A DNA stretch of 64,000 nt from Candidatus Gastranaerophilales bacterium (lineage in GTDB: Bacteria; Cyanobacteriota; Vampirovibrionia; Gastranaerophilales; Gastranaerophilaceae): NCBI GenBank assembly GCA_900752845.1, contig CAADWU010000077.1:1046-65045 (forward strand). The letters are read 5' to 3'. Shown piece after piece: positions 50,570 to 60,680 of the stretch (position 1 is its first letter; the number at the start of each line of letters is the position of its first letter). A program made the translations under genes and the position numbers. Below the pieces are notes generated by a model. The model ran no database searches, was not told the origin of the DNA, and was given only the letters and a program-made list of their open reading frames with translations.

Positions 50570-51227
50570 ATGAAAAAGTTTAGTCACATTGGGGGGGGGC
50601 AACCGTTTAAGCTCCAGTAGCAGTGCGTTTACCTTGGCGGAAGTTTTGGTTACGTTAGGAATTATCGGTGTTGTTGCAGCTATGACAATGCCTGTTATTG
50701 TTGGCAAAATTGAAAAATATGTTCTAAAAAATCAAATTAAAAAAACTTATTCTATACTATCACAGATTCAGCAAAAGCTTTTGTTTGAGTTTGATGATGT
50801 CTTAAATACTCCTACTCCCGGCGATACTGTAAACGGTTATGAAGCTTTTAATACTGCTGTAATTGAAAGTTTAAAAATTGTTAAAGTTTGTAAGAAAAAT
50901 GCCCTTGCAAGCGGGTGTGTTCCAAAATATCAGGGGTTAAATATTAGTCAGTGCAGTGGTTTTAATGAAAATTCCGTATACAACACGCAGACTGTCTATA
51001 TTCTATCCGACGGTTCGATTTTAATCCCGTATCATATGGACTGGCGTTCATTATGGCTGGTTGATGTGAACGGCAAAAAAGGTCCGAACAAAGCCGGTTT
51101 TGACTTATTCGACGTTGCCTATGATAAAGCAGACAGAAGATTAGAATTTAGTGGTGTAGGCTGTCTTAATCAAGACGGTTCTGTTAAGGGAGGGCTTGAT
51201 TATTACAAAAATATCGACAAATGGTAA
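50570..51227 (+). CDS. Type IV pilin-like protein, frameshifted (OFF) at a G9 tract in the leader
   Basis: AAGGAG plus ATG 50570; body SAFTLAEVLVTLGIIGVVAAMTMP...VDVNGKKGPN; G9 at 50591-50599 shifts the frame. Confidence 0.85.
50591..50599. repeat. G9 homopolymer (candidate phase-variation tract)
   Basis: Nine consecutive G. Confidence 0.95.
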
Positions 51228-51232
51228 ATAAT

Positions 51233-52606
51233 TTATTTTATTTCCCATGTAGTGCCGTCTTTGGAGTCTTTTAGGATTATATTGACTTCATCAAGAGCAA
51301 TTCTTATTTTATCAGCAATGCCCCAGTTTTTTGCTTCACGTGCTTCTTTTCTGTAAGCAACAATTTCTTCCATTGAAGCAAATTCTTTACCAAGCTTTTC
51401 AGAAACATGTTTTACTGCTGATGAAAGTTCCTCTGCTGATAATGTCGGTTTTTCAAAAGTAAAGCCCAAAACAGATGCAAGTTTAAAAAGAATTGTAAAC
51501 GCATCTTTTTCATCTTTATTTGCTTTATTTGCAAGTTCAAAAAGAACGGCAAGAGCTTTTGAAGTATTCAAATCATCGTCCATAGCGTCAGTGAACTGTT
51601 TATACTCGTCTGTTGTTGTAATATCCAAATCTTCATTTATCTTTGTTTGTTTTGCATTAAGCAAACGTTTTACACCTGCCTGAGCCGATGATAAAGCTTC
51701 GTCTGAGAATTCAACAGGCATTCTGTAGTGGTTTGTCAAAATAAAGAAACGAATTGTGTTCGCATCATATTTTTTCAATAAATCATCTATCGTCAAGAAG
51801 TTGCCTAAAGATTTAGACATTTTTTCTTTGTTTATTGTTACAAAGCCGTTATGCAGCCAGTAATTTACGAATTTGCATCCGTTAGCGCATTCTGATTGTG
51901 CTATTTCATTTTCGTGGTGAGGGAAGATTAAATCTGCTCCGCCTGCGTGAATATCAATGGTTTTACCAAGATATTTTCTGCTCATGGCAGAACACTCAAT
52001 ATGCCAGCCTGGACGACCTACGCCCCAAGGAGATTTGTAGCCGAACTTTTCATCTTTTTTCCACAATGCAAAATCAAGCGGATCTTCTTTAATATCGCCA
52101 ATTTCAATTCTTGCACCGCTTTCAAGCTGATCTATAGGCTGTTTTGAAAGGCAGCCGTATTGAGGGAATTTTTTTACTCTGAAATATACATCACCGTCTG
52201 CTTCGTAAGCGTAGCCTTTATTGATTAAATCTTTTACTATAGAAATCATTTCGCCTAAAGTTTTTGTTGCAAATGGCTCAATATCAGGTTTCAAAGTGTT
52301 CAAAGCTTTCATTGAGTTTTCAAACTGTTTGTACCAGTATTGAGATACTTCTTCGGGAGTTTTCCCTTCTTTATCAGCTTTTTTCAGAATTTTGTCGTCA
52401 ACATCTGTTACATTACGGCAGTATGTCACATCATAACCTTTGAATTTCAAATATCTGTATAATACATCCCACGTAATATAGCATCTGGCATGTCCCAGAT
52501 GTGCAAAATCATAAACAGTAGGTCCGCAAACATACATTTTAACTTTGTTTTCATCAATTGGAGTAAAATCTTCAACTTTATTTGTATAAGAATTGTGTAA
52601 TTTCAT
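51233..52606 (-). CDS. cysS: Cysteine--tRNA ligase
   Basis: CGPTVY..AHLGH, GRPGWHIECS, HHENE and KMSKS motifs. Confidence 0.98.
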   Translation of the reverse strand: MKLHNSYTNKVEDFTPIDENKVKMYVCGPTVYDFAHLGHARCYITWDVLYRYLKFKGYDVTYCRNVTDVDDKILKKADKEGKTPEEVSQYWYKQFENSMKALNTLKPDIEPFATKTLGEMISIVKDLINKGYAYEADGDVYFRVKKFPQYGCLSKQPIDQLESGARIEIGDIKEDPLDFALWKKDEKFGYKSPWGVGRPGWHIECSAMSRKYLGKTIDIHAGGADLIFPHHENEIAQSECANGCKFVNYWLHNGFVTINKEKMSKSLGNFLTIDDLLKKYDANTIRFFILTNHYRMPVEFSDEALSSAQAGVKRLLNAKQTKINEDLDITTTDEYKQFTDAMDDDLNTSKALAVLFELANKANKDEKDAFTILFKLASVLGFTFEKPTLSAEELSSAVKHVSEKLGKEFASMEEIVAYRKEAREAKNWGIADKIRIALDEVNIILKDSKDGTTWEIK

Positions 52607-52754
52607 ATAAAAAATCCCTCTTTTTCTTTCAATTTTACTACAAAAATTAAAGATGTTAACTAATGTAAACAAAAATATAAACTTAGGCAATTAAATATTG
52701 CAAAAATATTTAATAAGTATATACGTAATAGTTGAAAAACATGAGGAGATAATT

Positions 52755-53204
52755 ATGGTTAAACCAGTAAACGGTGCAGGCAGCAATAATCCGCCCGAAG
52801 GCTACAACAAAGTTACAATGTATGACGAAAAATCTAAAAAGACTAAAACATTTTTTGTTCCTGTCGGTCAAAATTTGGTAGTTAACGGTAATACTTATGA
52901 CCTTGACAAGGCAAAAGGCAATGAACTTGTGTTTAAAGGAACAAAAGACAATACGAAACATAACTTAATGGGTATTGCTTTAGAGCATCTTGATGCTAAT
53001 GGCGACGGTAGAATTGATGGTAATGATACTGATCAGAATATGGCAGGAAAAATTAATAAAGATTTAGCAAATACTTCATTCTTTGTTAAAAATACTGACT
53101 TTTTCTCTGATGCAGGTATATATAAAGGCGAAGGAGGGGTTGTTTTCAGCAAAAGTAATGAAGGACAATTCTTTGGCGTAGAAATTGAAAAAAAAGATAA
53201 GTAA
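52755..53204 (+). CDS. Hypothetical protein with EF-hand-like DxNxDG loop
   Basis: GAGGAG RBS before ATG 52755; LDANGDGRID. Confidence 0.7.
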   Translation: MVKPVNGAGSNNPPEGYNKVTMYDEKSKKTKTFFVPVGQNLVVNGNTYDLDKAKGNELVFKGTKDNTKHNLMGIALEHLDANGDGRIDGNDTDQNMAGKINKDLANTSFFVKNTDFFSDAGIYKGEGGVVFSKSNEGQFFGVEIEKKDK

Positions 53205-53206
53205 TT

Positions 53207-53236
53207 AAAAGCGGCTTTTAATAAGCCGCTTTTTTT
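53207..53236. terminator. Bidirectional intrinsic terminator
   Basis: AAAAGCGGCTT...AAGCCGCTTTT. Confidence 0.8.
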
Positions 53237-53832
53237 AATAAATCAAAAATTTTGTGTACAGGTTTAATTAAATCTTCAACAGGACATTCTTCATCAAGTT
53301 CAAGTGTAATTGTAGGTATTTCCCGTTCTATACCTGCATAGGTCCCGAAGCTTCCGGGGGTTGGGTAACCTATACTTGGTTCTAAAGGATAATTAATAAT
53401 TTCTGATATTTTTTCAGAAATCTCTTTTGCAGGTCCGTCATAGTTAACAATTTTGTAAGGCGCATGGAGTGTAAGTATTAAATCAGGCTTAAACTCATTA
53501 ATAGTATCTATAAGAAACTGTGTTTCGATTTCGCTTCCTGCACTCATGCCGCCGAAAAACTCATCTTTTTCGGTTAATTCCCAATTTTTAGTCGGGAAAT
53601 TTCTGTTTAAGTCAACTCCGTTGGAATTTGTTCTTGTTTTGAGCTGCAAACCGTCAGGGTTCAGGCAGGGAATGAAAATTAAACCGTTTGTGTCATTGTT
53701 TTTCAGATATTCTTCAATAAGAAATTTACCCTGAGGCTCATCACCATGAAACACCCCTATAATAAGTGTATTCCCGCTATCTCCAATAAGTTCGATTTTA
53801 TTTTTTAGTTTTGTTATCACTGATTTATTCAA
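53218..53832 (-). CDS. mpaA: M14 carboxypeptidase, murein peptide amidase A-like
   Basis: HGDE, NPDG, VDLNRNFP and GYPTPGSFG motifs. Confidence 0.85.
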   Translation of the reverse strand: MNKSVITKLKNKIELIGDSGNTLIIGVFHGDEPQGKFLIEEYLKNNDTNGLIFIPCLNPDGLQLKTRTNSNGVDLNRNFPTKNWELTEKDEFFGGMSAGSEIETQFLIDTINEFKPDLILTLHAPYKIVNYDGPAKEISEKISEIINYPLEPSIGYPTPGSFGTYAGIEREIPTITLELDEECPVEDLIKPVHKIFDLLKKAAY

Positions 53833-54739
53833 AGATTGCCTCTATAAATTCTTCTGAATTAAAAGATTTTAAATCTTCCATTTTTTCACCCACACCTATG
53901 AGTTTAACCGGAAGTTTCATTTCTTTTGCCACAGCAAGCACAATTGCACCTTTTGCAGAACCGTCGAGTTTTGTAAGTCCGACTGAGGTTAAGTTTACGG
54001 CTTCTGTGAAAACTTTTGCCTGCTGCAAACCGTTTTGACCTGTGTTTGCATCCAATACAAGCATACATTCACGCAAAGCATCGGGAGCTTTTTTATCAAT
54101 AACCGATTTAATCTTTTTTAATTCTTCCATAAGGTTGAATTTGTTTTGCAAGCGGCCTGCCGTATCAACCAAAATTACATCAAATTGCTCTTTTTGCGCT
54201 TTTTCGATTGCTTCATAAACAACTGATGCAGGATCTGCTTTGTCACGTCTTACAATTTCCGCCGCTGCCCTTTTAGACCAGATATCAAGCTGTTCTTCTG
54301 CTGCCGCACGAAATGTATCGCCTGCTGCAATTAAAACTTTTTTGCCTTCGTTTTTAAATTTGTATGCAAGTTTTCCTATAAGCGTGGTTTTTCCAACGCC
54401 GTTAACACCGCATATAAAGTAAATATTTAAATCGTTCTCAATATAATTTATCTCATTGCTGCCTGCATCTTTTAAAGTTTTTAAAAATTCTTTTTTAAGA
54501 TAATTTTTAACTTCAGACGGCTTAATTTTTGTCTGTCCACGCAAATTGTCAACAAGTTCTGTTGCATAATTTACGCCTAAATCTGCACTGATAAGCATAT
54601 CTTCCATGTCATCAAGAACAAATTCCGAGAATTCTTCTTCCTGGCTTACCGAATTAACAACATTTCCAACAAGAGCCTGAGCTGTGTTGGAAACTGTTTC
54701 TTTTAAGTTATTAAATTTGTCTTTAAAAAATCCGAACAT
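53825..54739 (-). CDS. ftsY: Signal recognition particle receptor FtsY
   Basis: GVNGVGKTT, DTFRAAA, DTAGR and TKLDGSAKG motifs. Confidence 0.97.
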   Translation of the reverse strand: MFGFFKDKFNNLKETVSNTAQALVGNVVNSVSQEEEFSEFVLDDMEDMLISADLGVNYATELVDNLRGQTKIKPSEVKNYLKKEFLKTLKDAGSNEINYIENDLNIYFICGVNGVGKTTLIGKLAYKFKNEGKKVLIAAGDTFRAAAEEQLDIWSKRAAAEIVRRDKADPASVVYEAIEKAQKEQFDVILVDTAGRLQNKFNLMEELKKIKSVIDKKAPDALRECMLVLDANTGQNGLQQAKVFTEAVNLTSVGLTKLDGSAKGAIVLAVAKEMKLPVKLIGVGEKMEDLKSFNSEEFIEAIFE

Positions 54740-54781
54740 TATTTGCCCTCAATGTTTATTTCCTGAATGGAGGGTGCTGTA

Positions 54782-55441
54782 TTAGGAAATGCCTTGGTCA
54801 ACGATAACTTTTGCAAGAATGCCGTTGATAAAAGATGCACTGTCATCTGTGGAATATTTTTTCGCAAGTTCTAAAGCTTCGTCAATAACAACTTTCATTG
54901 GAGCATCTTTCATATAAAGAAGTTCAACGATTGCAATACGCAAAATGTCTTTATCCATTTTTACAAGACGTCCCAAATCCCAGTTTTTAGCATATTTCTG
55001 GATAATATTATCAACTTCTTCATGATTTTTTTGGAAGTATTCTGCAATTTCAATTGCATAATCTTTGACTTCGCTTTGAGAATCAAGAGTTGTAAATTCA
55101 GCGATTTCAAGAGCCATTAAAGATTTTTCGGCAATATCAATCATCTCGTTAATTCTTCCTGTCATATCAGATGTCATAGGAATAGGAACAGGAATATTTG
55201 CAACACCTATTGGTCTGTTTAAGTTTACTTCTGCATCAGCTTCGTAGTTGTCGATTTGATCTCTCATTGCAACAAGCGCTCCTACAGCAATTTTTAATTC
55301 ATCTGTAGCACTGCTTGTTAAAATTCTTACTGATTTCAATATAATGTCTTCTAAGTCTGTTTTAGAATGGTTTGTTATTTTTTTATCAAATTGAGAAAAT
55401 AGTATAAATGCTAATTCTCTTGCTGCTCTGCGGGCTTGCAT
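54782..55441 (-). CDS. nusB: Transcription antitermination factor NusB (long cyanobacterial-like form)
   Basis: RRAARELA, DKDILRIA, IDEALELAK and FINGIL motifs. Confidence 0.93.
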   Translation of the reverse strand: MQARRAARELAFILFSQFDKKITNHSKTDLEDIILKSVRILTSSATDELKIAVGALVAMRDQIDNYEADAEVNLNRPIGVANIPVPIPMTSDMTGRINEMIDIAEKSLMALEIAEFTTLDSQSEVKDYAIEIAEYFQKNHEEVDNIIQKYAKNWDLGRLVKMDKDILRIAIVELLYMKDAPMKVVIDEALELAKKYSTDDSASFINGILAKVIVDQGIS

Positions 55442-55503
55442 GTATTTACCTCTTTTTTATTAATATCAATTACAAGCTTTATGCTAGCATGAAAAATTTT
55501 TAT

Positions 55504-55731
55504 CTACAACATACTTTTGTCAGACTTTACAGAATTATCATAATCTTTAAATTTCATAAATGTATTATTAACTTCTTCTTCAAGAATAGAACACATATTC
55601 AAACTGTCTTTCTTTGTATAATCATAGTCTTCGATAAGAGTTTTACCTAAAAGACTTATAATTGTTTGAATCTTTTCAAATGAAATGTAAATTTCCGATG
55701 CTTTTTCTTTCGGATTGCTTCTTTTATGCAT
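55504..55731 (-). CDS. Small hypothetical protein
   Basis: GGAGG RBS before ATG 55731. Confidence 0.6.
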   Translation of the reverse strand: MHKRSNPKEKASEIYISFEKIQTIISLLGKTLIEDYDYTKKDSLNMCSILEEEVNNTFMKFKDYDNSVKSDKSML

Positions 55732-55799
55732 AAAATCCTCCATTAGAAAAATATACCACTATAATTTTCATAATGCACTTAGAAGTTTGGCTATACTTT

Positions 55800-56531
55800 T
55801 TAGCTGCAAACTGAAAACGGCATTGAGGATTTGTTATTATTTTTAATCTTTTCCAATCTTGCTTTGATAAACTGTGCCTGATGTGAGAATGGTTTCAACG
55901 ATAAAAATTTTCTGTAATATCTTTGTGCATCGGCACGTTTGCCCAGTTTATCAAAGCAAATGCCTATTCCTGCATAGGCTCTGTAATACTCGGGGTTGAG
56001 TTTTAGTATATTATGTAAAACTTTAGAAGCTTCATGATATCTGTCAAGTTTCATTAATAATGTAGATTTATGGTCATAAGCTTTTAAATAGCCGGGTGAG
56101 TTCTCAATTAACTTTTGATAAATCATCAGTGCTAAATCTGTTTCTTCGCAAAGTTCATGTGCAATGCCCAGCTGCAATATTGCATCAGGGTTATCGGGGT
56201 TTATTTGAATTGCTCTTACAAAGTTTTTTATTGCTCCGCAGGGAATACCTTCAAGAAGGTGGCATACACCTAGTTCAAAATATGCTTCATAGTAATCATC
56301 TTTTAATTCAGCTGCTGTTTCAAGGTATTTAATTGCTTTGGAATATTTTTCCAGATTTTTGTAGCAAATGCCTAAACCGTAATAGCTTTCGGCATTGTTT
56401 CTGTCAATTAAAATTGCGTTCAAATAGTTTGAAATTGCTTCTTTGAACATGTTTTCAAGACGCAATTCATTGGCTTTTTCATAAAACTTATTAGTGGCTG
56501 GGCTATCGTATTTTTTAGTATTTGAACTCAA
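55800..56531 (-). CDS. TPR repeat protein
   Basis: About six TPR units (AYFELG, AILQLG, AYAGIG). Confidence 0.9.
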   Translation of the reverse strand: MSSNTKKYDSPATNKFYEKANELRLENMFKEAISNYLNAILIDRNNAESYYGLGICYKNLEKYSKAIKYLETAAELKDDYYEAYFELGVCHLLEGIPCGAIKNFVRAIQINPDNPDAILQLGIAHELCEETDLALMIYQKLIENSPGYLKAYDHKSTLLMKLDRYHEASKVLHNILKLNPEYYRAYAGIGICFDKLGKRADAQRYYRKFLSLKPFSHQAQFIKARLEKIKNNNKSSMPFSVCS

Positions 56532-56647
56532 AATGACCTTCTTTCAATATCAATGATAGTTTTTTTTTCAGGTCAGTAGAACAATCTTATGATGTATAAC
56601 TTTATCAATCATTGGATTTATTATTTTCCTTGTGCTATAAAATTAGT

Positions 56648-57460
56648 ATGAAAAAGTATCTGGTTTGGTTGTTAATAATAGCGGGAATTCCGGTTTGGGC
56701 GGATGAAATTCAGCTCGGGGATGTTCAGGCGCAGAAAATAGAAATTCCGAAAGCGGATTATAAGTCAAAGCAATCTCTTGTTGTTAAAGATGAGCAGATT
56801 TTATCCGAACTTATCAGGCTTCAAAAAGAAAAAGACCTTGAAGATATTGAAAACCTTTGGAAAGGGACTGTTGAGAATAATCAGGTCATAGGGTTTGCTC
56901 TGAAAAAACTTGCTACTCCGGAAAGCCAGCGAAGAATTCATTCTTCTTTGATGGCAAAAACCCTTTCTGCCGTAGTTGCAGGTGCATCTTTTGCACCTTC
57001 GCTTGTAGGAGCTGACTATTTGACACAAACTTCTGCTTTTGCTGCCGGAAGGCTTGCACAAAACCTTATAAACAGAAAAAATATTCCGACAGAAATTCCT
57101 CTGACAGATACGGAGTTGATTGAACTTGCAGGACTTGTAGAAAGCTTGCAGGATAAAATTATTACGGCATATTATAATTATAAGAGCAGCCTGAGCCAGT
57201 TAAAAGAAACTCGCCAGAGATTGCTTTTGTATAACAAAAATTATGCAAAAGCTCTTGATGATGAAGATTTAATGGAAATTACCATATCTTCAGCTTTGTA
57301 TGATAATATGCGTATCGAAGAATTTTATTATATGGAAACAGCTAAAAAATATCATCTTGAACTTCAAAGACTTGCCGGTAAAAAAGTCGTTGATAGACTA
57401 AACCTGTACCAATATAATTATAATTCTACTCTGGTCGGAGAAAAGGCGGTGGTTAAATGA
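56648..57460 (+). CDS. Secreted helical hypothetical protein (paralog A)
   Basis: Signal peptide; LWKGTVENNQVIGFALKKLATPE. Confidence 0.8.
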   Translation: MKKYLVWLLIIAGIPVWADEIQLGDVQAQKIEIPKADYKSKQSLVVKDEQILSELIRLQKEKDLEDIENLWKGTVENNQVIGFALKKLATPESQRRIHSSLMAKTLSAVVAGASFAPSLVGADYLTQTSAFAAGRLAQNLINRKNIPTEIPLTDTELIELAGLVESLQDKIITAYYNYKSSLSQLKETRQRLLLYNKNYAKALDDEDLMEITISSALYDNMRIEEFYYMETAKKYHLELQRLAGKKVVDRLNLYQYNYNSTLVGEKAVVK

Positions 57461-58341
57461 AAAAAATTATAATCACAGCTTTGCTTTTATCATTTTGTCT
57501 GCCTGCTTATCCGTTGAATTACGATACGCTTAATTCTGCAAAACAGCCTGCATATCGTACAGGACTTTCTGATGATCCCGAAAAAGAGTATATAGAAGCT
57601 AAAGCACCTGTAAAAATTCATCAGGAGTATGTAAAAAAAGATACCGAACAGTTTGATATCAGTGATTTAACTTATGCAGATTTAAGTATTAAGCAGATTT
57701 CACGTGAAGTAGCATCTGATTTGGAACTTGATCAGGAAACTATGGTGGGCGATTTGTCTGTATTATGGCAGGGTGCTGCAACTCAAAGCGATACGATAAA
57801 CTTTGCACTTTATAAGCTTGCTAATCCTGAGGAAGACAAGCCTGACGAAAAATCCGTTAAAAAAGTATTGACAACTATAGCAAGTATGTCAACCTTAGTA
57901 GGTGCAGGTATGGGCAGCCCTGCAATTGCGGCAGGTTCTTTAATCGGGGGAAATGTTCTGGGGATTATGTCACAGGATACTAAAGCCCTAAACTATAAAT
58001 ATACAAGAGTTACAGATGCAGATATGATTATTCTTGTAAGAAAAGTTGAAGACTTACAACAAAGAACTGTTGACCTGTATTACAATTATATGACCGCACG
58101 CAAAAAGCTTAAATTGCTTGAAAAAATGACAGCTGAACGTAAAAAGAATTATGAACTTTCTCAAAATATGTCAAGGGAAGTAATACTGATTACAGATGCA
58201 TACTATAGAACAGCTCTTGACAATCAGATGAAAGCCCGTTCCGATTACTATGCAAAACGTGCTGCACTTGAGCAATTTGTAGGTAACGAAGTCTTTGTTC
58301 AGTTTGAAGCAGATTTGAAAAAGAGAGAAACTAAGGAGTAA
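57457..58341 (+). CDS. Secreted helical hypothetical protein (paralog B)
   Basis: Signal peptide; LWQGAATQSDTINFALYKLANPE; glycine-zipper-like segment. Confidence 0.8.
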   Translation: MKKIIITALLLSFCLPAYPLNYDTLNSAKQPAYRTGLSDDPEKEYIEAKAPVKIHQEYVKKDTEQFDISDLTYADLSIKQISREVASDLELDQETMVGDLSVLWQGAATQSDTINFALYKLANPEEDKPDEKSVKKVLTTIASMSTLVGAGMGSPAIAAGSLIGGNVLGIMSQDTKALNYKYTRVTDADMIILVRKVEDLQQRTVDLYYNYMTARKKLKLLEKMTAERKKNYELSQNMSREVILITDAYYRTALDNQMKARSDYYAKRAALEQFVGNEVFVQFEADLKKRETKE

Positions 58342-58343
58342 TA

Positions 58344-58994
58344 ATGTTTATTCCCTATAAAGTATATACAGGGGCTAAAAATATGCAAATCGACAATGAT
58401 TTGCTTGAAGATGCAATTAAAAATAACTTGCAAGAGCCTGTATTCAGATTATACGGCTGGTCGCCTGCCTGTATTTCTCTCGGACGAAATCAAAGAAATG
58501 ATTTTATCGACGAAAATTTTTTAAACGAAAATAATATTTGTCTTGTAAGGCGATTAACCGGCGGCAGAGCACTTTTACATGATAATGAAATTACATACAG
58601 TTATATTTGTCCTGTTTCATCTTTGGAAAACGGTGAAAACGTTACAAACTCATATAAAGAAATATCACAAATTCTCATTGACGGTTTTAAAAAACTCGGG
58701 GTAGAATTAGACTTTGGCGGGGAAAGAAAAGCTAAGGGACATTTTGATTATTGTATGCTGGTTTCAACCGGTGCTGATTTGTGTTACCAAAATAAAAAGT
58801 TAATAGGTTCGGCTCAGTTCAGGAAAAACGGTTATATTCTGCAACATGGCTCAATTCTCTATGATTATGATAAAGAATTGTTAGAGAAAATATTTAAGGA
58901 AGAAGTCGATACCTCATCAATTACTTCTATAAAAGAAATAAATAAAAATATTTCAAAAGACGATATAATAAGAGTTTTCAGTAGTATGTTATAA
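58344..58994 (+). CDS. Lipoate-protein ligase/octanoyltransferase (LipM/LplA family)
   Basis: RLYGW, RRLTGGRALLH, KLIGSAQ and LQHGS motifs. Confidence 0.9.
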   Translation: MFIPYKVYTGAKNMQIDNDLLEDAIKNNLQEPVFRLYGWSPACISLGRNQRNDFIDENFLNENNICLVRRLTGGRALLHDNEITYSYICPVSSLENGENVTNSYKEISQILIDGFKKLGVELDFGGERKAKGHFDYCMLVSTGADLCYQNKKLIGSAQFRKNGYILQHGSILYDYDKELLEKIFKEEVDTSSITSIKEINKNISKDDIIRVFSSML

Positions 58995-59148
58995 ATCATT
59001 AAGAATTGTTAACTTTAAATTTTTCAAGCTATACTTGTCTTTTAGGCTATTGAACCCTCTGAAACTCCATGCCCTCATGCAATTTCTCCAAACAGAAATT
59101 CTTTATATAAATACGGGGAATTTAAAAATTCACAGGGGATTTGGAAAA

Positions 59149-60567
59149 ATGTTTAACACTATACCTATTACTAATACTATAATGCCTAATTTACCGGCAT
59201 ATTGGGGACTTGGTACTCGTCATTGGACATCAAATTACGCTGGTAATCAACAACATAACATTTATCCTGACGGATATTCTCCGTTAACTTATGCATTGGC
59301 TCAAGGCTTCGGCAGCCCTAACCACATCAGCCAATGGAACCCTATGTTAATCGGTTTTAATTTGGGTAACAATACAACTGATCCTGCTTTAACAGCTTTC
59401 GGTCAAGCATCTGCTTTTAATTGGGGTGCTTCATTGATGCAGAATGCAAATTTACAATCAGCTGTTTCAAGCTCTTTAAGATCTTTAAGCAGTATTGAAG
59501 CTCAAATTTCTAATATTTTAAAATCCGATAAATTAAACGATAACCAAAAAGCAAGATTAGAAGCAGTTTTGGAAGAAGTTAAAAGATTAAAAGAAGAATT
59601 CCAAAATGTAAGAATTGGTGTAACTTCAGCAGAACATATTCTTGAATTACAAGAGCAAGTTAAAGACTTAATCAAATCAGCTTCTGAAACAGCAAAAGAA
59701 ATAATGGAAGAAATTAAAGAAAATGAAGAATCAGAAGCTTCAGAAAGCTCTGATGATGCTGATGAAACAGATGATGATGAAACTTCAAGCGCATCTGCTG
59801 CTTCTTCAACTACAGCTGCACAAAGAGCAAAAGCAGACAATGAAGCTGTTGATATCTGTAAAAATATCTACGACGGTGCAATCGGTTGTGTCGGAACAGA
59901 TTATGACAAAATCAAAGCAGGTGTTAATGCTATAACTAAAGATAATGTAACTGCTGTATTAAATATGTGGCAAGAACAATACCAGCCTCAATCAGGTGAC
60001 GAAAACATGATTGAAACAATCTTCGATGAAGAAATGTTCTGGAATAATGACACTAATACAGGTTTAATTACAACTATCGTAGAAAAACTTGAAGAACGTG
60101 CGAAAGAATTAGGTGTAAGAAATTCTTTAGCAGGTCAATTCGCAATTGCATACGATGAACTTGATGATACTTTCGTTAACGAAGGTAAAGTTAAAGCTGC
60201 TGTAATGACTATCTTAGAAAAAGTATCTGAGGCAGAAGGCAAAACAGCTAAAAAAGCAGTTAAATCAGAAAAAACAGACAAGGCTAAAAAAGAAGCTGAA
60301 ACTAAAAAATCTGAAAAAGCTAAAAAAGAACAAGAAAAAGTTGAACAAAAGAAAACTCAATTCTTAGGCGATATGAGAGAAATTTTGGGCGATGATAATG
60401 CTGAAATTTCTGACAAAGTTCAAATTGACAAAAACGGCTGCAAAATCAGAATTGAAGGCAAAGATTATTTCGGTAAAGACTACGCTTCATTAGCAAAAGC
60501 TATTGAAAAAGCAGGATACAGCCCTGCAAAATACTTGAAAAAACAAGCTTTGCAAGCTGTTGCATAA
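59149..60567 (+). CDS. Hypothetical coiled-coil protein with low-complexity N-terminus
   Basis: Long ORF; ATG 59149 after AGGGG; acidic linker. Confidence 0.75.
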   Translation: MFNTIPITNTIMPNLPAYWGLGTRHWTSNYAGNQQHNIYPDGYSPLTYALAQGFGSPNHISQWNPMLIGFNLGNNTTDPALTAFGQASAFNWGASLMQNANLQSAVSSSLRSLSSIEAQISNILKSDKLNDNQKARLEAVLEEVKRLKEEFQNVRIGVTSAEHILELQEQVKDLIKSASETAKEIMEEIKENEESEASESSDDADETDDDETSSASAASSTTAAQRAKADNEAVDICKNIYDGAIGCVGTDYDKIKAGVNAITKDNVTAVLNMWQEQYQPQSGDENMIETIFDEEMFWNNDTNTGLITTIVEKLEERAKELGVRNSLAGQFAIAYDELDDTFVNEGKVKAAVMTILEKVSEAEGKTAKKAVKSEKTDKAKKEAETKKSEKAKKEQEKVEQKKTQFLGDMREILGDDNAEISDKVQIDKNGCKIRIEGKDYFGKDYASLAKAIEKAGYSPAKYLKKQALQAVA

Positions 60568-60643
60568 CAAAAATTTTATATTAAATGATTCCTCATATTT
60601 GGTAGAAAAGTAGAAGAAATTAGTAGGTTAATGTGTGAAATTT

Positions 60644-60667
60644 GTCCCCTTTTAAAGGGGACTTTTT
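60644..60667 (+). terminator. Intrinsic terminator
   Basis: GTCCCCTTT-t-AAAGGGGAC plus T-run. Confidence 0.8.
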
Positions 60668-60680
60668 ATTTTATAAAGTT

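Noticed and set aside
46507..50604. Invertible segment between pilin loci 2 and 3 via G-tract-CAACC motifs
   Set aside because: The motifs are direct, not inverted, on the chromosome; the segment contains murJ and tsaC and no recombinase is nearby
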